A stretch of DNA of 28,761 nt from an uncultured Nannocystaceae bacterium (lineage in GTDB: Bacteria > Myxococcota_A > Polyangia > Nannocystales > Nannocystaceae), in assembly GCA_964451725.1 (NCBI GenBank), contig CAYVJQ010000094.1, forward strand, positions 1 to 28,761, given 5' to 3'. The position numbers and the translations under genes are program-made. This document shows, in pieces, positions 1 through 7,938 of this stretch; position 1 is the first letter of the stretch; the number at the start of each line of letters is the position of its first letter. The notes beneath the pieces are model-generated. The model did not search any database and was not told where the DNA came from. It saw only the letters and a program-made list of their open reading frames with translations.

Positions 1-5
1 CCAGC

Positions 6-3000
6 GTGGTTGCCGCCCAGCGTGGTTGCCGCCGGTTTCACCACGGGCTGCTAGATGACGGCTTCGACGACCTGGATGACGGCTTCGACGACCCGGGTGA
101 AGAGGGCGAGATCTCAGCCGATGACGCCTTCACCTTCGAAGACATCTCGGAGGACGAAGACGCCCTCGACGCCGAACTCAAGTCCGGCGAAGTCCAGGCC
201 CAGGGCCAGGTCGGCACGGTCTCGGGTACGGTCCTCAACGCCAAGGGTGAGCCCCTCGCCGGCGTCTATGTCCGAGTCAAAGACGCGAAGTTCGTGGGTC
301 GGACCGGTGTCGACGGCCGCTACGAATTGAACCTGCCCCCGGGCACCCACTCCCTCGAGTTCCAGCTCGACCTCTACAAAGGTGGGGAGGCCAGCGAGGT
401 CACCGTGGTCGCGGGCGAGCGCGCGTCACAGGACGCCGAGCTCGTGCCCCTCGCCGGCTTCATGGAGACCTTCGAGGTCGCCGACGATCTCAACATGGAG
501 GCCGAGGGTGCGCTCCAGGAGGCCCGCAAGGCCAAGACCACCGTCAACGACGGAGTCGACGCCACCGAGATCGGCAAGTCCGGCGGGGGCAAGGTCTCGA
601 GCGTCGCCGTGCGCATCGTCGGCGCGACCGTGGTCGACGAGCGCTACCTCTTCATCCGCGGGCTCGGCCACCGCTACGGCAACACCTTGCTCGATGGCGC
701 CCGCGTGCCCAGCCCCGAGCCCGAGATCCGCACCGTGCCCCTCGACGTGATCCCCTCGGGGGCGCTCGCGGCCATCGACGTGCAAAAGACCTTCTCCCCC
801 GACGTCCCCGGCGACTTCGTGGGCGGCTCGGTCCAGTTCGTGACCCGCGACGCACCCGACGACCCCACCTTCAACGTCAAGGTCGGCGCCGGCATCAATA
901 CCAACACCAGCTTTCAGCCCATGCTGACCCACGCCGGCTACGCGGGCTACGACCTGCTGGCCATGGGCAACATCCCCCGGGCCCTCCCCTCCCTGCTCTC
1001 GGGTGATCGACGGGTCGGCCGCGGCCAGGGGACTCCCGCAGACATCGAGGCTGAGGGCAGGGCCCTCGACACCCGCACCCGGGTCATGCGCGGGGCCCGG
1101 GCTCCCGCCAACCTCGGGCTCGGGCTCACCGCCGGCGACAGCTGGAGCCTCAACGACAACGGCGGCAAGTTCGGGCTCCTGTTCGCCGGCGGCTACAAGA
1201 ACAAACACCGGACGACCCACGAGCTCGTACGCCAGTACAGCTCCGACAACGAAGCGCTCACCCTCAACGACCCCCAGGTCGCCCTCGAATCGACCAAGAC
1301 CGTATACACGACCAGCTACAATGGTCTGCTCAAGTTTCAGCTCCACGCCAACTCGAACAACCGCTGGGACCTGACCGGATTCTACTCGCGCGAGGGCCAA
1401 GACGAGACCCGCGACATGTACGGCACCGCCCGCGGCGTCGCGGGCCTCGACACCCTCAACTACACACGCCTGCGCTACGTCATGCGCTCGATCGCCTCGG
1501 CCCAGCTCAAGGGTCGACACAAGATCCCTCGAGCCGGAAACCTGCGTATCGAGTACTTCGCCAGCTACGCCCGCGCCCGGCGAGAAGACCCGGCCATGCG
1601 CGAGATGCTGTTTCGATACAAAGATCAGATCTACACCATCGACCAAAGCAACGGCCCGACCGGTTCCCAGCTGTTTTTGGACCTGGTCGACGACAACCAG
1701 AACCTGGCGCTCGACCTGAGCGCCCCCTTTCGCCAGTGGCGGGGCCTCGACGCCCAGTTCAAGTTCGGCGCGTGGTTCGACGCCAAGCAGCGCGATTTTG
1801 GGGCCCGCCGCTACGATTTCGCCTACGCCACCGACGTCGATGTCCCCAGTGGTCGGGACAACCCCATCAACGACGGCTCCATCGGTGGCAACATCAACGA
1901 AGCGAACGGCGGCACCCGCCCATTCACGCTCTGGGATCGGACCCGGCCCCAAGACAACTATACAGCCTGGTCCCGAAATGTGGCCGCCTACGCCATGCTC
2001 GACCTTCCCTTCGCGCGCTGGCTCAAAATCTCGGGCGGCGCTCGCCTCGAATCAAACCTGATCTCGGTCGACCCTTTCGACCCTTTCGACCCTTTGGCCG
2101 CGGTCGATGACCCGACCCTCCAAGGAGCCCGACTCGCCGACCTCGACGTCCTGCCCTCCGCCTCGTTGATCGTCTCTCCCGCCCTCCCCGAGGGCCGCGG
2201 CGACCTCAACATTCGGCTCACCGGCAGCCGCACCGTCGCCCGCCCCGAGTTCCGCGAGCTCGCCCCCTTCCAGTTCCAAGACTACGTGGGTGGGTTCACC
2301 AAACAAGGTTTCGAGGGCCTGCGCTCGACCAAGGTCTGGAACGCAGACCTGCGCCTGGAGTGGTTCCCGCGCGAATCCGAGGTCGTCGCCCTCAGCGGAT
2401 TCTTCAAGCACTTCAAAGACCCCATCGAAGAGGTCATCGGCGCGACCACCAACCCCACCTCTTCGTTCGCCAACGTCCTGACCGCCTACAACGGCGGCGT
2501 CGAGATCGAGTTCCAAAAGCGCCTCGACTTCCTCGCGTCCAGGGACAAGGTCCGCGCCCGCGCGGTCCTCCGCGACTTCTCGTTCGGGGCAAACTTCGCC
2601 TATATCTACTCCCGCGTGAGCCTGGCCGCGCCCTGTTACTCCCCCGAGCAGGGCCGCCCCACCGACCCGGAGGGCAACCCTCGGCCCAACTATGTCGAAC
2701 GAGACGGCTGCCGCGACCCCTACCAGGTCTCGACAAGTCGGGCGCGCCCCCTCCAGGGTCAGTCCCCGTGGATCGCCAACGCCTTTATCGACTACGAAAA
2801 CAGCGACACCGGCACGAATGTCAGGCTCATGTACAACGCCGTCGGCCCCTACATCGCCCAGGTCAGCGGCCTGGGTCTGCCCGATCTCATTCGGCAGCCC
2901 ATGCATGTCGTCGACGTCACCGCCTCCCAGCGCCTGCTCTCCTACAAGCGCAACGAGTGGGGCGACCTCCGCAACCAGCTGCTGTTGAGCCTCCAGGTCG

Positions 3001-3104
3001 CCAACGCGCTCAACACCCCCGAGCTGCGCACCCAAGGTGGCACAACCACCTACCGGACCCGCCGGGGCGTCGACATCACGATCGGGCTCGAGTGGAAGTA
3101 CTGA
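6..3104 (+). CDS. TonB-dependent outer-membrane receptor, Oar-like architecture (CarboxypepD_reg-like domain, plug, large beta-barrel). The 5' end is probably upstream of the window.
   Basis: The 1032-codon ORF is open to the window edge. GTVSGTVLNAKGEPLAGVYVRV...GRTGVDGRYEL matches a carboxypeptidase-regulatory-like beta-sandwich. RYLFIRGLGHRYGNTLLDGARVPSPEPEIRTVPLDVIPSGALAAIDVQKTFSPDVPGDF matches a TBDR plug. The C-terminus ...ITIGLEWKY has the aromatic end typical of OM barrels. No signal peptide is visible in the window. Confidence 0.85.
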   Translation: MVAAQRGCRRFHHGLLDDGFDDLDDGFDDPGEEGEISADDAFTFEDISEDEDALDAELKSGEVQAQGQVGTVSGTVLNAKGEPLAGVYVRVKDAKFVGRTGVDGRYELNLPPGTHSLEFQLDLYKGGEASEVTVVAGERASQDAELVPLAGFMETFEVADDLNMEAEGALQEARKAKTTVNDGVDATEIGKSGGGKVSSVAVRIVGATVVDERYLFIRGLGHRYGNTLLDGARVPSPEPEIRTVPLDVIPSGALAAIDVQKTFSPDVPGDFVGGSVQFVTRDAPDDPTFNVKVGAGINTNTSFQPMLTHAGYAGYDLLAMGNIPRALPSLLSGDRRVGRGQGTPADIEAEGRALDTRTRVMRGARAPANLGLGLTAGDSWSLNDNGGKFGLLFAGGYKNKHRTTHELVRQYSSDNEALTLNDPQVALESTKTVYTTSYNGLLKFQLHANSNNRWDLTGFYSREGQDETRDMYGTARGVAGLDTLNYTRLRYVMRSIASAQLKGRHKIPRAGNLRIEYFASYARARREDPAMREMLFRYKDQIYTIDQSNGPTGSQLFLDLVDDNQNLALDLSAPFRQWRGLDAQFKFGAWFDAKQRDFGARRYDFAYATDVDVPSGRDNPINDGSIGGNINEANGGTRPFTLWDRTRPQDNYTAWSRNVAAYAMLDLPFARWLKISGGARLESNLISVDPFDPFDPLAAVDDPTLQGARLADLDVLPSASLIVSPALPEGRGDLNIRLTGSRTVARPEFRELAPFQFQDYVGGFTKQGFEGLRSTKVWNADLRLEWFPRESEVVALSGFFKHFKDPIEEVIGATTNPTSSFANVLTAYNGGVEIEFQKRLDFLASRDKVRARAVLRDFSFGANFAYIYSRVSLAAPCYSPEQGRPTDPEGNPRPNYVERDGCRDPYQVSTSRARPLQGQSPWIANAFIDYENSDTGTNVRLMYNAVGPYIAQVSGLGLPDLIRQPMHVVDVTASQRLLSYKRNEWGDLRNQLLLSLQVANALNTPELRTQGGTTTYRTRRGVDITIGLEWKY

Positions 3105-3211
3105 GCGCGCTCCGCCTGCCGCGCGAGCTCAGTGTCACACAAGCTTCGCATTGCTGGGCGCCAACCGTCACAGACGACGGGTACGAGCACGGCTGAGGAG
3201 ACTTCATCATC

Positions 3212-4540
3212 ATGAAACGACTTCCCTTGTTCCTGGCTCTGTGTGGCCTCTCGTCCTTCGCGCTCACCGCTTGCACCGACGATGGCGGCGCTGAATCCGA
3301 CACCGACGGCGCGACCGAGTCCGCCGACACCGCCGACACCGCCGATACTGCCGATACCGGCGCCGGACAGACCGTCGACGTCACCGGCGACATCAATGAA
3401 GACACGACCTGGACCAGCGACAACACCTACGTGCTCGCTGGCGACACGCTCATCTTCGTCAACGGCGCTGTGCTCACCATCGAGCCCGGCACCACCATCA
3501 TCGGCCTGGCCGGCTCGGGCCTGGTGATCGAAAAGGATGCGCGCATCGAGGCCACCGGCACCGCCGAGGCCCCGATCGTGTTCACCTCCTTCGACGACCA
3601 AAACCCCTCTCCGGGTGACTGGGGTGGGCTCGTGCTCCTGGGCTCGGCGCGCATCAACATCCAGGGCGGCGTCGGCCAGGCCGAAGGCTTCCCCGTGCCC
3701 CCGACCTACGGCGGCACCGACGACACCCACAACTGCGGCACGCTCCAGTATGTGCGGGTCGAGTACGCCGGCTTCGCCATCTCCGACGGCAACGAGCTCA
3801 ACGGCATCACCTTCTACGCCTGCGGCTCCGCGACCACCGTCGACCACGTCCAGTCCCACATGGGCCTCGACGACGGTGTCGAGATGTTCGGTGGCACCTT
3901 CGACATCGACCACCTCGTGGTCACCGGCGCCTCCGACGACTCCGTGGACGTCGACCAGGGCTTCCGTGGTCGGTTGACCAACATCTTCATTCACCAGAGC
4001 GACTCCGTGGGTGACAACTGCTTCGAGGTCTCCAACCAAGGCACGGACTTCAGCGCCACGCCCAAGACCAACCCGGAGATCTGCAACGCGACCTGCATCG
4101 GCTCGGGCGCGAGCGGTGGGAAGAGCAAGGGCATCACCGTCAAAGAGGGCACCAACGGCAGCTGGCACGCCAGCATCTTCACCAACGTGACCAACGAGGC
4201 CACCTTGCTCGCCGACGAGGCCAGCGCGGTCGAGGCCGCCGCCGACAACATCGTCATCGCCAACAGCATCTTCTTCGGCAACCTCGGTGACCCCCAACAC
4301 AACTCGGGCGCCGACAGCCTCGACAGCGCCGGCTGGGCCGCGTGGATCGAGGACGCCCCGCGTGCCAACCTCAGCGCCGACCCGGGCCTGACCAGCACCT
4401 CCTGGGGCAGCCCCGACATCACCCCCGCGGGCGATGTCTCCGGTGACGGGAGTGGCTGCGGTGGGACCGACTACATCGGCGCGGTCGACCCGGCCGGCGA
4501 CAACTGGACCGCCGCCAGCTGGATCAACTACAGCCCCTGA
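3212..4540 (+). CDS. Lipoprotein of unknown function (beta-helix-like repeats), partner of the upstream TonB-dependent receptor
   Basis: SD GAGGAG at 3195-3200. Signal peptide MKRLPLFLALCGLSSFALTAC has lipobox L-T-A-C. An acidic TADTADTADT linker follows. Segments such as TIEPGTTIIG...EAPIVFTS are typical of right-handed beta-helix proteins. It lies 107 nt downstream of the receptor gene on the same strand. Confidence 0.8.
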   Translation: MKRLPLFLALCGLSSFALTACTDDGGAESDTDGATESADTADTADTADTGAGQTVDVTGDINEDTTWTSDNTYVLAGDTLIFVNGAVLTIEPGTTIIGLAGSGLVIEKDARIEATGTAEAPIVFTSFDDQNPSPGDWGGLVLLGSARINIQGGVGQAEGFPVPPTYGGTDDTHNCGTLQYVRVEYAGFAISDGNELNGITFYACGSATTVDHVQSHMGLDDGVEMFGGTFDIDHLVVTGASDDSVDVDQGFRGRLTNIFIHQSDSVGDNCFEVSNQGTDFSATPKTNPEICNATCIGSGASGGKSKGITVKEGTNGSWHASIFTNVTNEATLLADEASAVEAAADNIVIANSIFFGNLGDPQHNSGADSLDSAGWAAWIEDAPRANLSADPGLTSTSWGSPDITPAGDVSGDGSGCGGTDYIGAVDPAGDNWTAASWINYSP

Positions 4541-4546
4541 GTGGGC

Positions 4547-4619
4547 GTGGGCTCCCACGGGAGCCCACGGGGAACGGAGAAGGGCGAGGTGTAATACACC
4601 TCGCCCTTCTCCGTTCCCC
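4547..4619 (+). terminator. Two back-to-back perfect hairpins just after the lipoprotein stop (terminator-like or REP-like, no U-tract)
   Basis: Hairpin 1: GTGGGCTCCC (4547-4556) pairs with GGGAGCCCAC (4559-4568). Hairpin 2: GGGGAACGGAGAAGGGCGAGGTGT (4569-4592) pairs perfectly with ACACCTCGCCCTTCTCCGTTCCCC (4596-4619) around an AAT loop. No T-run follows. Confidence 0.55.
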
Positions 4620-4659
4620 GTCTCCGACATGTATGGACTGGATACAAGGTGCCCCTCGG

Positions 4660-4800
4660 GTGGCAGCAGCGACACCGGACCCAGAAATTCTCACTCTCGG
4701 GGACGGTGGTCGGTCTCCAGGGGACCCCCCGAGCCCGAGCAACGAAGCGGAGGGAGACCTCGGCCTTTCCTTTTGGCACTGCACCAACGACGACGAAGTG
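4660..4800 (+). pseudogene. Decayed fragment homologous to the 5' region (about 8236-8400) of the phosphodiesterase lipoprotein gene at 8060-9916
   Basis: The 36-nt core 4688-4723 matches 8264-8299 at 34/36. Flanking similarity is patchy and contains indels. The fragment reads QKFSLSGTVVGLQG against QQFSLSGTVVGLQG in the intact gene and then loses frame. It has no start codon or signal peptide. Confidence 0.6.
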
Positions 4801-4972
4801 CCCATTAGAGCAGACCAAAAGCCCCCCCCCTGGCCCAAGGGCCCAATCTCCCGAATTGGTCCCATGTACGGGCGGAGTGTCCACGTCATTCATTTCCGAG
4901 CCAGGTCATATTTAAATCGTGAATATAAATTGGCATTGACAGTCCCACATCGGGACCCTGCCTCATCTCGCA

Positions 4973-5608
4973 ATGGAATCTAAACATATCATTCGACAAG
5001 GCGAGAGCCTACAAAGCATTGCCTTCTCACTAGGGTTCTCGCCCGAGACGATTTGGGATGACCCAAACAATCAAGCCCTACGAGAGACTCGCCCCAACCC
5101 TGACGCGCTGCTCCCCGGTGATTCATTGTACATCCCGAGCCCCGCTCAGAAACACGTAGCCGCGATGACGGACCAACGCCATGTCTTTCGTCGACGCGGC
5201 GTTCCAGCACACCTCGACATTCGGCTCTGCAATCAGGACGGCACCCCTATCGTCGACGTGCCCTGCATACTACGAGTCGATGGTGTTGCCCGTGAGATCG
5301 TCACCGACGACGATGGATTCCTGCGAACCACGGTCTCGCCCGGCGCGAAGCAGGCCACGCTCGTCGTCGATGTCGATGGTGATGAGCTCGTGCTGGCGAT
5401 CGGCCACCTCGATCCGAGCGTGGAGATCAGTGGGGCTCAGGGACGCCTACGCAACCTCGGGCTGTACTCTGGAGCAATCCATGGAGAACTGGATGCGGCC
5501 ACCCGTGAGGCGCTGATCGTTTTCCAGCGCCGACAGAGCTTGGAGGAGAGCGCCGTGCTCGACGCGCAAACGGCCCTCGCATTGCGCGATCTCCACGAAA
5601 CAAGGTGA
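4973..5608 (+). CDS. LysM / beta-sandwich / PG_binding_1 three-module peptidoglycan-binding protein, no signal peptide
   Basis: N-terminal LysM-type motif: IIRQGESLQSIAFSLGFSPETIWDDPNNQALRETRPNPDALLPGDSLYIP. Central segment LDIRLCNQDGTPIVDVPCILRVDGVAREIVTDDDGFLRTTVSPG resembles a CarboxypepD_reg-like sandwich. C-terminal motif GRLRNLGLYSGAIHGELDAATREALIVFQRRQSLEESAVLDAQTALAL matches PG_binding_1. G+C is intermediate (35/60 in line 5041-5100). Confidence 0.75.
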   Translation: MESKHIIRQGESLQSIAFSLGFSPETIWDDPNNQALRETRPNPDALLPGDSLYIPSPAQKHVAAMTDQRHVFRRRGVPAHLDIRLCNQDGTPIVDVPCILRVDGVAREIVTDDDGFLRTTVSPGAKQATLVVDVDGDELVLAIGHLDPSVEISGAQGRLRNLGLYSGAIHGELDAATREALIVFQRRQSLEESAVLDAQTALALRDLHETR

Positions 5609-5616
5609 GGATCTAG

Positions 5617-7878
5617 ATGCCCGAAATATTCCTGATCAGAATGTCAATTCTCGACGACCGTTTCGAAGTTTTATCGATGGAGGTCCATCTTGATAAGCCA
5701 GGCCACACGCAAGAGTGCATCCAGCTTACAGGAGGCGACCAGCTTACAGGAGGCGGCCGCTGGCGGTGGCTTTCGATCGTCACATTACCATGCAGAATTG
5801 TCGCAGTCCTCAAGGTAGTCGCGAAAGAAGGAAAAGATAGCACTTCCGTATTCTATTCACGTATAATATTTTCATCCTCGCTGGCGATCACGGAGAAAGG
5901 CGAAGGATTCCGCGAATTCGAACCAGGCGAGCTGCTCACCTATGGTCTTGGTGACTCCCCTGATACAATCAGGGGCTATCCAAAAGACTCGTTCGAGTTT
6001 GAGATGGAAATCCTGCCATCCGTACGAGTCGATCTTAGAGTCGACAGACTGAATAACTGTAGAACTATACCCCAATTCAAGTCAAAACGGATCACTGAGG
6101 AGACGAGTAGCCTGCCCTATCCCATGCACCTTAGCCAACCCAACACAATTTCAACAGACCGACCGATCTACATATGCCAGCCTGGCGATCATTCGGGCGA
6201 CACTTGGGCGATCGCGGCCGCCCTGATTCTGAACTCTCGGCTGAGGCTGATTATAACCACCCGACCCGGGAGCGGCAGCACGACAAATACTCGCCAGCGC
6301 ATCGTGTTCACCGGGTTTTCGAGCAAGTGCGACAAGATTACACCCAACGACATCCAGACACTTCGCGTCGACTCCGATAATCTCTCCTGCAATCTCGGTA
6401 CCAACATAAACGAAAATCCAGACTGCGAGTTCGAAGGTCTCGTCAATGTCACCCTTACTGCGGTGCTCGAAGTAAGGGGTGATTCACCCCTTACTTCCAC
6501 GGACCAGTACATCCTGCAGAAAACCTCGAAGCCATTTCCACCCAAAACATCTGGCGGTTCGATCGTTCTACATCTCGAGGCCACCCATCCCACTAAACGG
6601 ACATTGACCAACAACAAGCGGAGAAAGACACCCGACAAGCCCATTCCCAACATCAAAGTGACCCTGACCTATGAGGTCCGCGATACAAGTTTCACTTCCC
6701 AACTCGCTCTAGATACGATCTCGAAGTTTCTTTTGAAGTTCAACCAGGCGACTGAGTTCTACAGTGCCATCGGTATCGAACGTACGCGCATCAAGGTTAT
6801 CAAAGATGTCGAGGCTGGCCGAAACTGGACAGAGTCCTTCAATATGGGGATAAAACATCTCAACGGTAAGGGACGGGGAACACGGCAGTACGGCATGACA
6901 TGGGCGTCGACATCGATCATCATGGATGCGGCTGAACGCAATGGAATCCACCATGCCCAAGAACGGATGCGCACTGCATTCACGACCGGTCTGAGCGCGA
7001 TCACAGAAAACTATATTAATCTAAAACTGAATTTCATCGACCTCGACTGCAAGTACCTGTTCGTCAACATGCGATACGCGACACACAACAAGGAACACAA
7101 CATCGCCAGTTCAACATATGATCAAATTCTAAAACATGCTCGCAGGTTCGGCCGCAAAGTCGTCCGTGTAGGCATCCCCCAAGTGCGCAGCCAGCGCACG
7201 GGGCGCGACTGGATGAGAGCGCTGAAGGAACCGGCAATCGACATCTACGATGTCAACCAGACTGACTCCGATTCTCCCATTGAAGTCGACATGCGTCGCA
7301 CAGCCTATTTTTGGAAACGAGTCGCCGACCTTGGAAACATCTGGGTGATCGGCGGACGCAGCGGATCACTCGACATTGCATGTTTCATGGGGGTGCGTGG
7401 GTTCTCATGGGACATCATCGCGCGACCGATCGGCGTGGAACAGACGGAGTATGCCAGGCTGTGGATGGCTCATCCATTTATGTCGGTTGGTAGCCTGAGG
7501 CAGGACCGCTCGGACAGTAAACCTCTGTTGGACAGTGCCCCTCTGCTAGCATGGCTCGGCGGCCTCGACGTCATTCCATCCAGCCGCCCCCCGGACCTGC
7601 CTTTCCAGTTGGTCGAGACCGCCGCCGCCGCCCACAAAAGGCACCCCAACCTGAAGCACAATCTACTGTTTGGTCATCTCGACTACCTACTCGATGTGGG
7701 GCCGAAGCTGGACCGGGACCGGGAGCAGAAGCGGAAGCGGGAGCAGGAGCAGGAGCAGGAGCCGCAGAAGCAGGAGCAGAGGCAGAGGCAGAAGCAGAGG
7801 CAGAGGCAGAGGCAGAGGCAGAGGCAGAAGCCGAAGCCGCTAGCAACCCAGCCCAAACGCAAACCCAACGACTCCTAG
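5617..7878 (+). CDS. Orphan 753-aa protein, family unknown. Beta-rich N-terminal half, alpha/beta C-terminal half with a weak GT-B/GT9-like motif, and a charged QR/QE/K repeat tail.
   Basis: A 2262-nt ORF stays open in about 47% G+C DNA, where random ORFs should be short. The ATG at 5617 lies 5 nt after the SD-like GGTGAGGA that contains the upstream stop (5606-5608). No signal peptide, P-loop or HExxH was seen. The motif NIWVIGGRSGSLDIACFMGVRG resembles the GT9 xxGxDSGxxHLAAAxG region. Confidence 0.8.
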   Translation: MPEIFLIRMSILDDRFEVLSMEVHLDKPGHTQECIQLTGGDQLTGGGRWRWLSIVTLPCRIVAVLKVVAKEGKDSTSVFYSRIIFSSSLAITEKGEGFREFEPGELLTYGLGDSPDTIRGYPKDSFEFEMEILPSVRVDLRVDRLNNCRTIPQFKSKRITEETSSLPYPMHLSQPNTISTDRPIYICQPGDHSGDTWAIAAALILNSRLRLIITTRPGSGSTTNTRQRIVFTGFSSKCDKITPNDIQTLRVDSDNLSCNLGTNINENPDCEFEGLVNVTLTAVLEVRGDSPLTSTDQYILQKTSKPFPPKTSGGSIVLHLEATHPTKRTLTNNKRRKTPDKPIPNIKVTLTYEVRDTSFTSQLALDTISKFLLKFNQATEFYSAIGIERTRIKVIKDVEAGRNWTESFNMGIKHLNGKGRGTRQYGMTWASTSIIMDAAERNGIHHAQERMRTAFTTGLSAITENYINLKLNFIDLDCKYLFVNMRYATHNKEHNIASSTYDQILKHARRFGRKVVRVGIPQVRSQRTGRDWMRALKEPAIDIYDVNQTDSDSPIEVDMRRTAYFWKRVADLGNIWVIGGRSGSLDIACFMGVRGFSWDIIARPIGVEQTEYARLWMAHPFMSVGSLRQDRSDSKPLLDSAPLLAWLGGLDVIPSSRPPDLPFQLVETAAAAHKRHPNLKHNLLFGHLDYLLDVGPKLDRDREQKRKREQEQEQEPQKQEQRQRQKQRQRQRQRQRQKPKPLATQPKRKPNDS
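7741..7835. repeat. Purine-rich hexanucleotide microsatellite, (GAGCAG)n then (GCAGAG/GCAGAA)n, inside the 3' end of the 753-aa CDS
   Basis: GAGCAG x3 at 7741-7758. Nine consecutive GCAGAG/GCAGAA units at 7776-7829, seven of them perfect GCAGAG. The tract encodes ...EQEQEQEPQKQEQRQRQKQRQRQRQRQRQK. Other reading frames on both strands also stay open here, for example AEAEAE in the 7551..8309 + ORF and CLCLCL / SASASA in minus-strand ORFs in the track. Confidence 0.9.
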
Positions 7879-7896
7879 CCTGGCAGCCCGGACCAT

Positions 7897-7938
7897 CGAT
7901 ATCGCCACAGCCCCCTCGTTCGGGCGTCGGCGATATCG
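7897..7938 (+). terminator. Inverted repeat 19 nt downstream of the 753-aa gene stop (candidate terminator or protein-binding site)
   Basis: CGATATCGCC (7897-7906) pairs with GGCGATATCG (7929-7938) across a 22-nt spacer. The spacer can partly pair (GCCC/GGGC). Each arm contains GATATC. There is no U-tract. Confidence 0.35.

Noticed and set aside
4900-4972. Promoter for the island operon: TTGACA at 4935-4940, TATAAAT-like at 4922-4928, and a sigma-54-like TGGCAT at 4931-4936
   Set aside because: TTGACA has no acceptable -10 hexamer at 16-18 nt. The TATAAAT-like box lacks a -35 element. The TGGCAT is not followed by TTGC at the sigma-54 spacing. The region is AT-rich and plausibly promoter-bearing, but I cannot support a specific site.
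7741-7835. Possible CRISPR-like array, considered here and at 11980-12033, 12116-12169 and 24826-24897
   Set aside because: The units are 6-18 nt and directly abut with no spacers. Most lie inside coding regions, and no cas genes are present. They are microsatellites or tandem duplications, not CRISPR.
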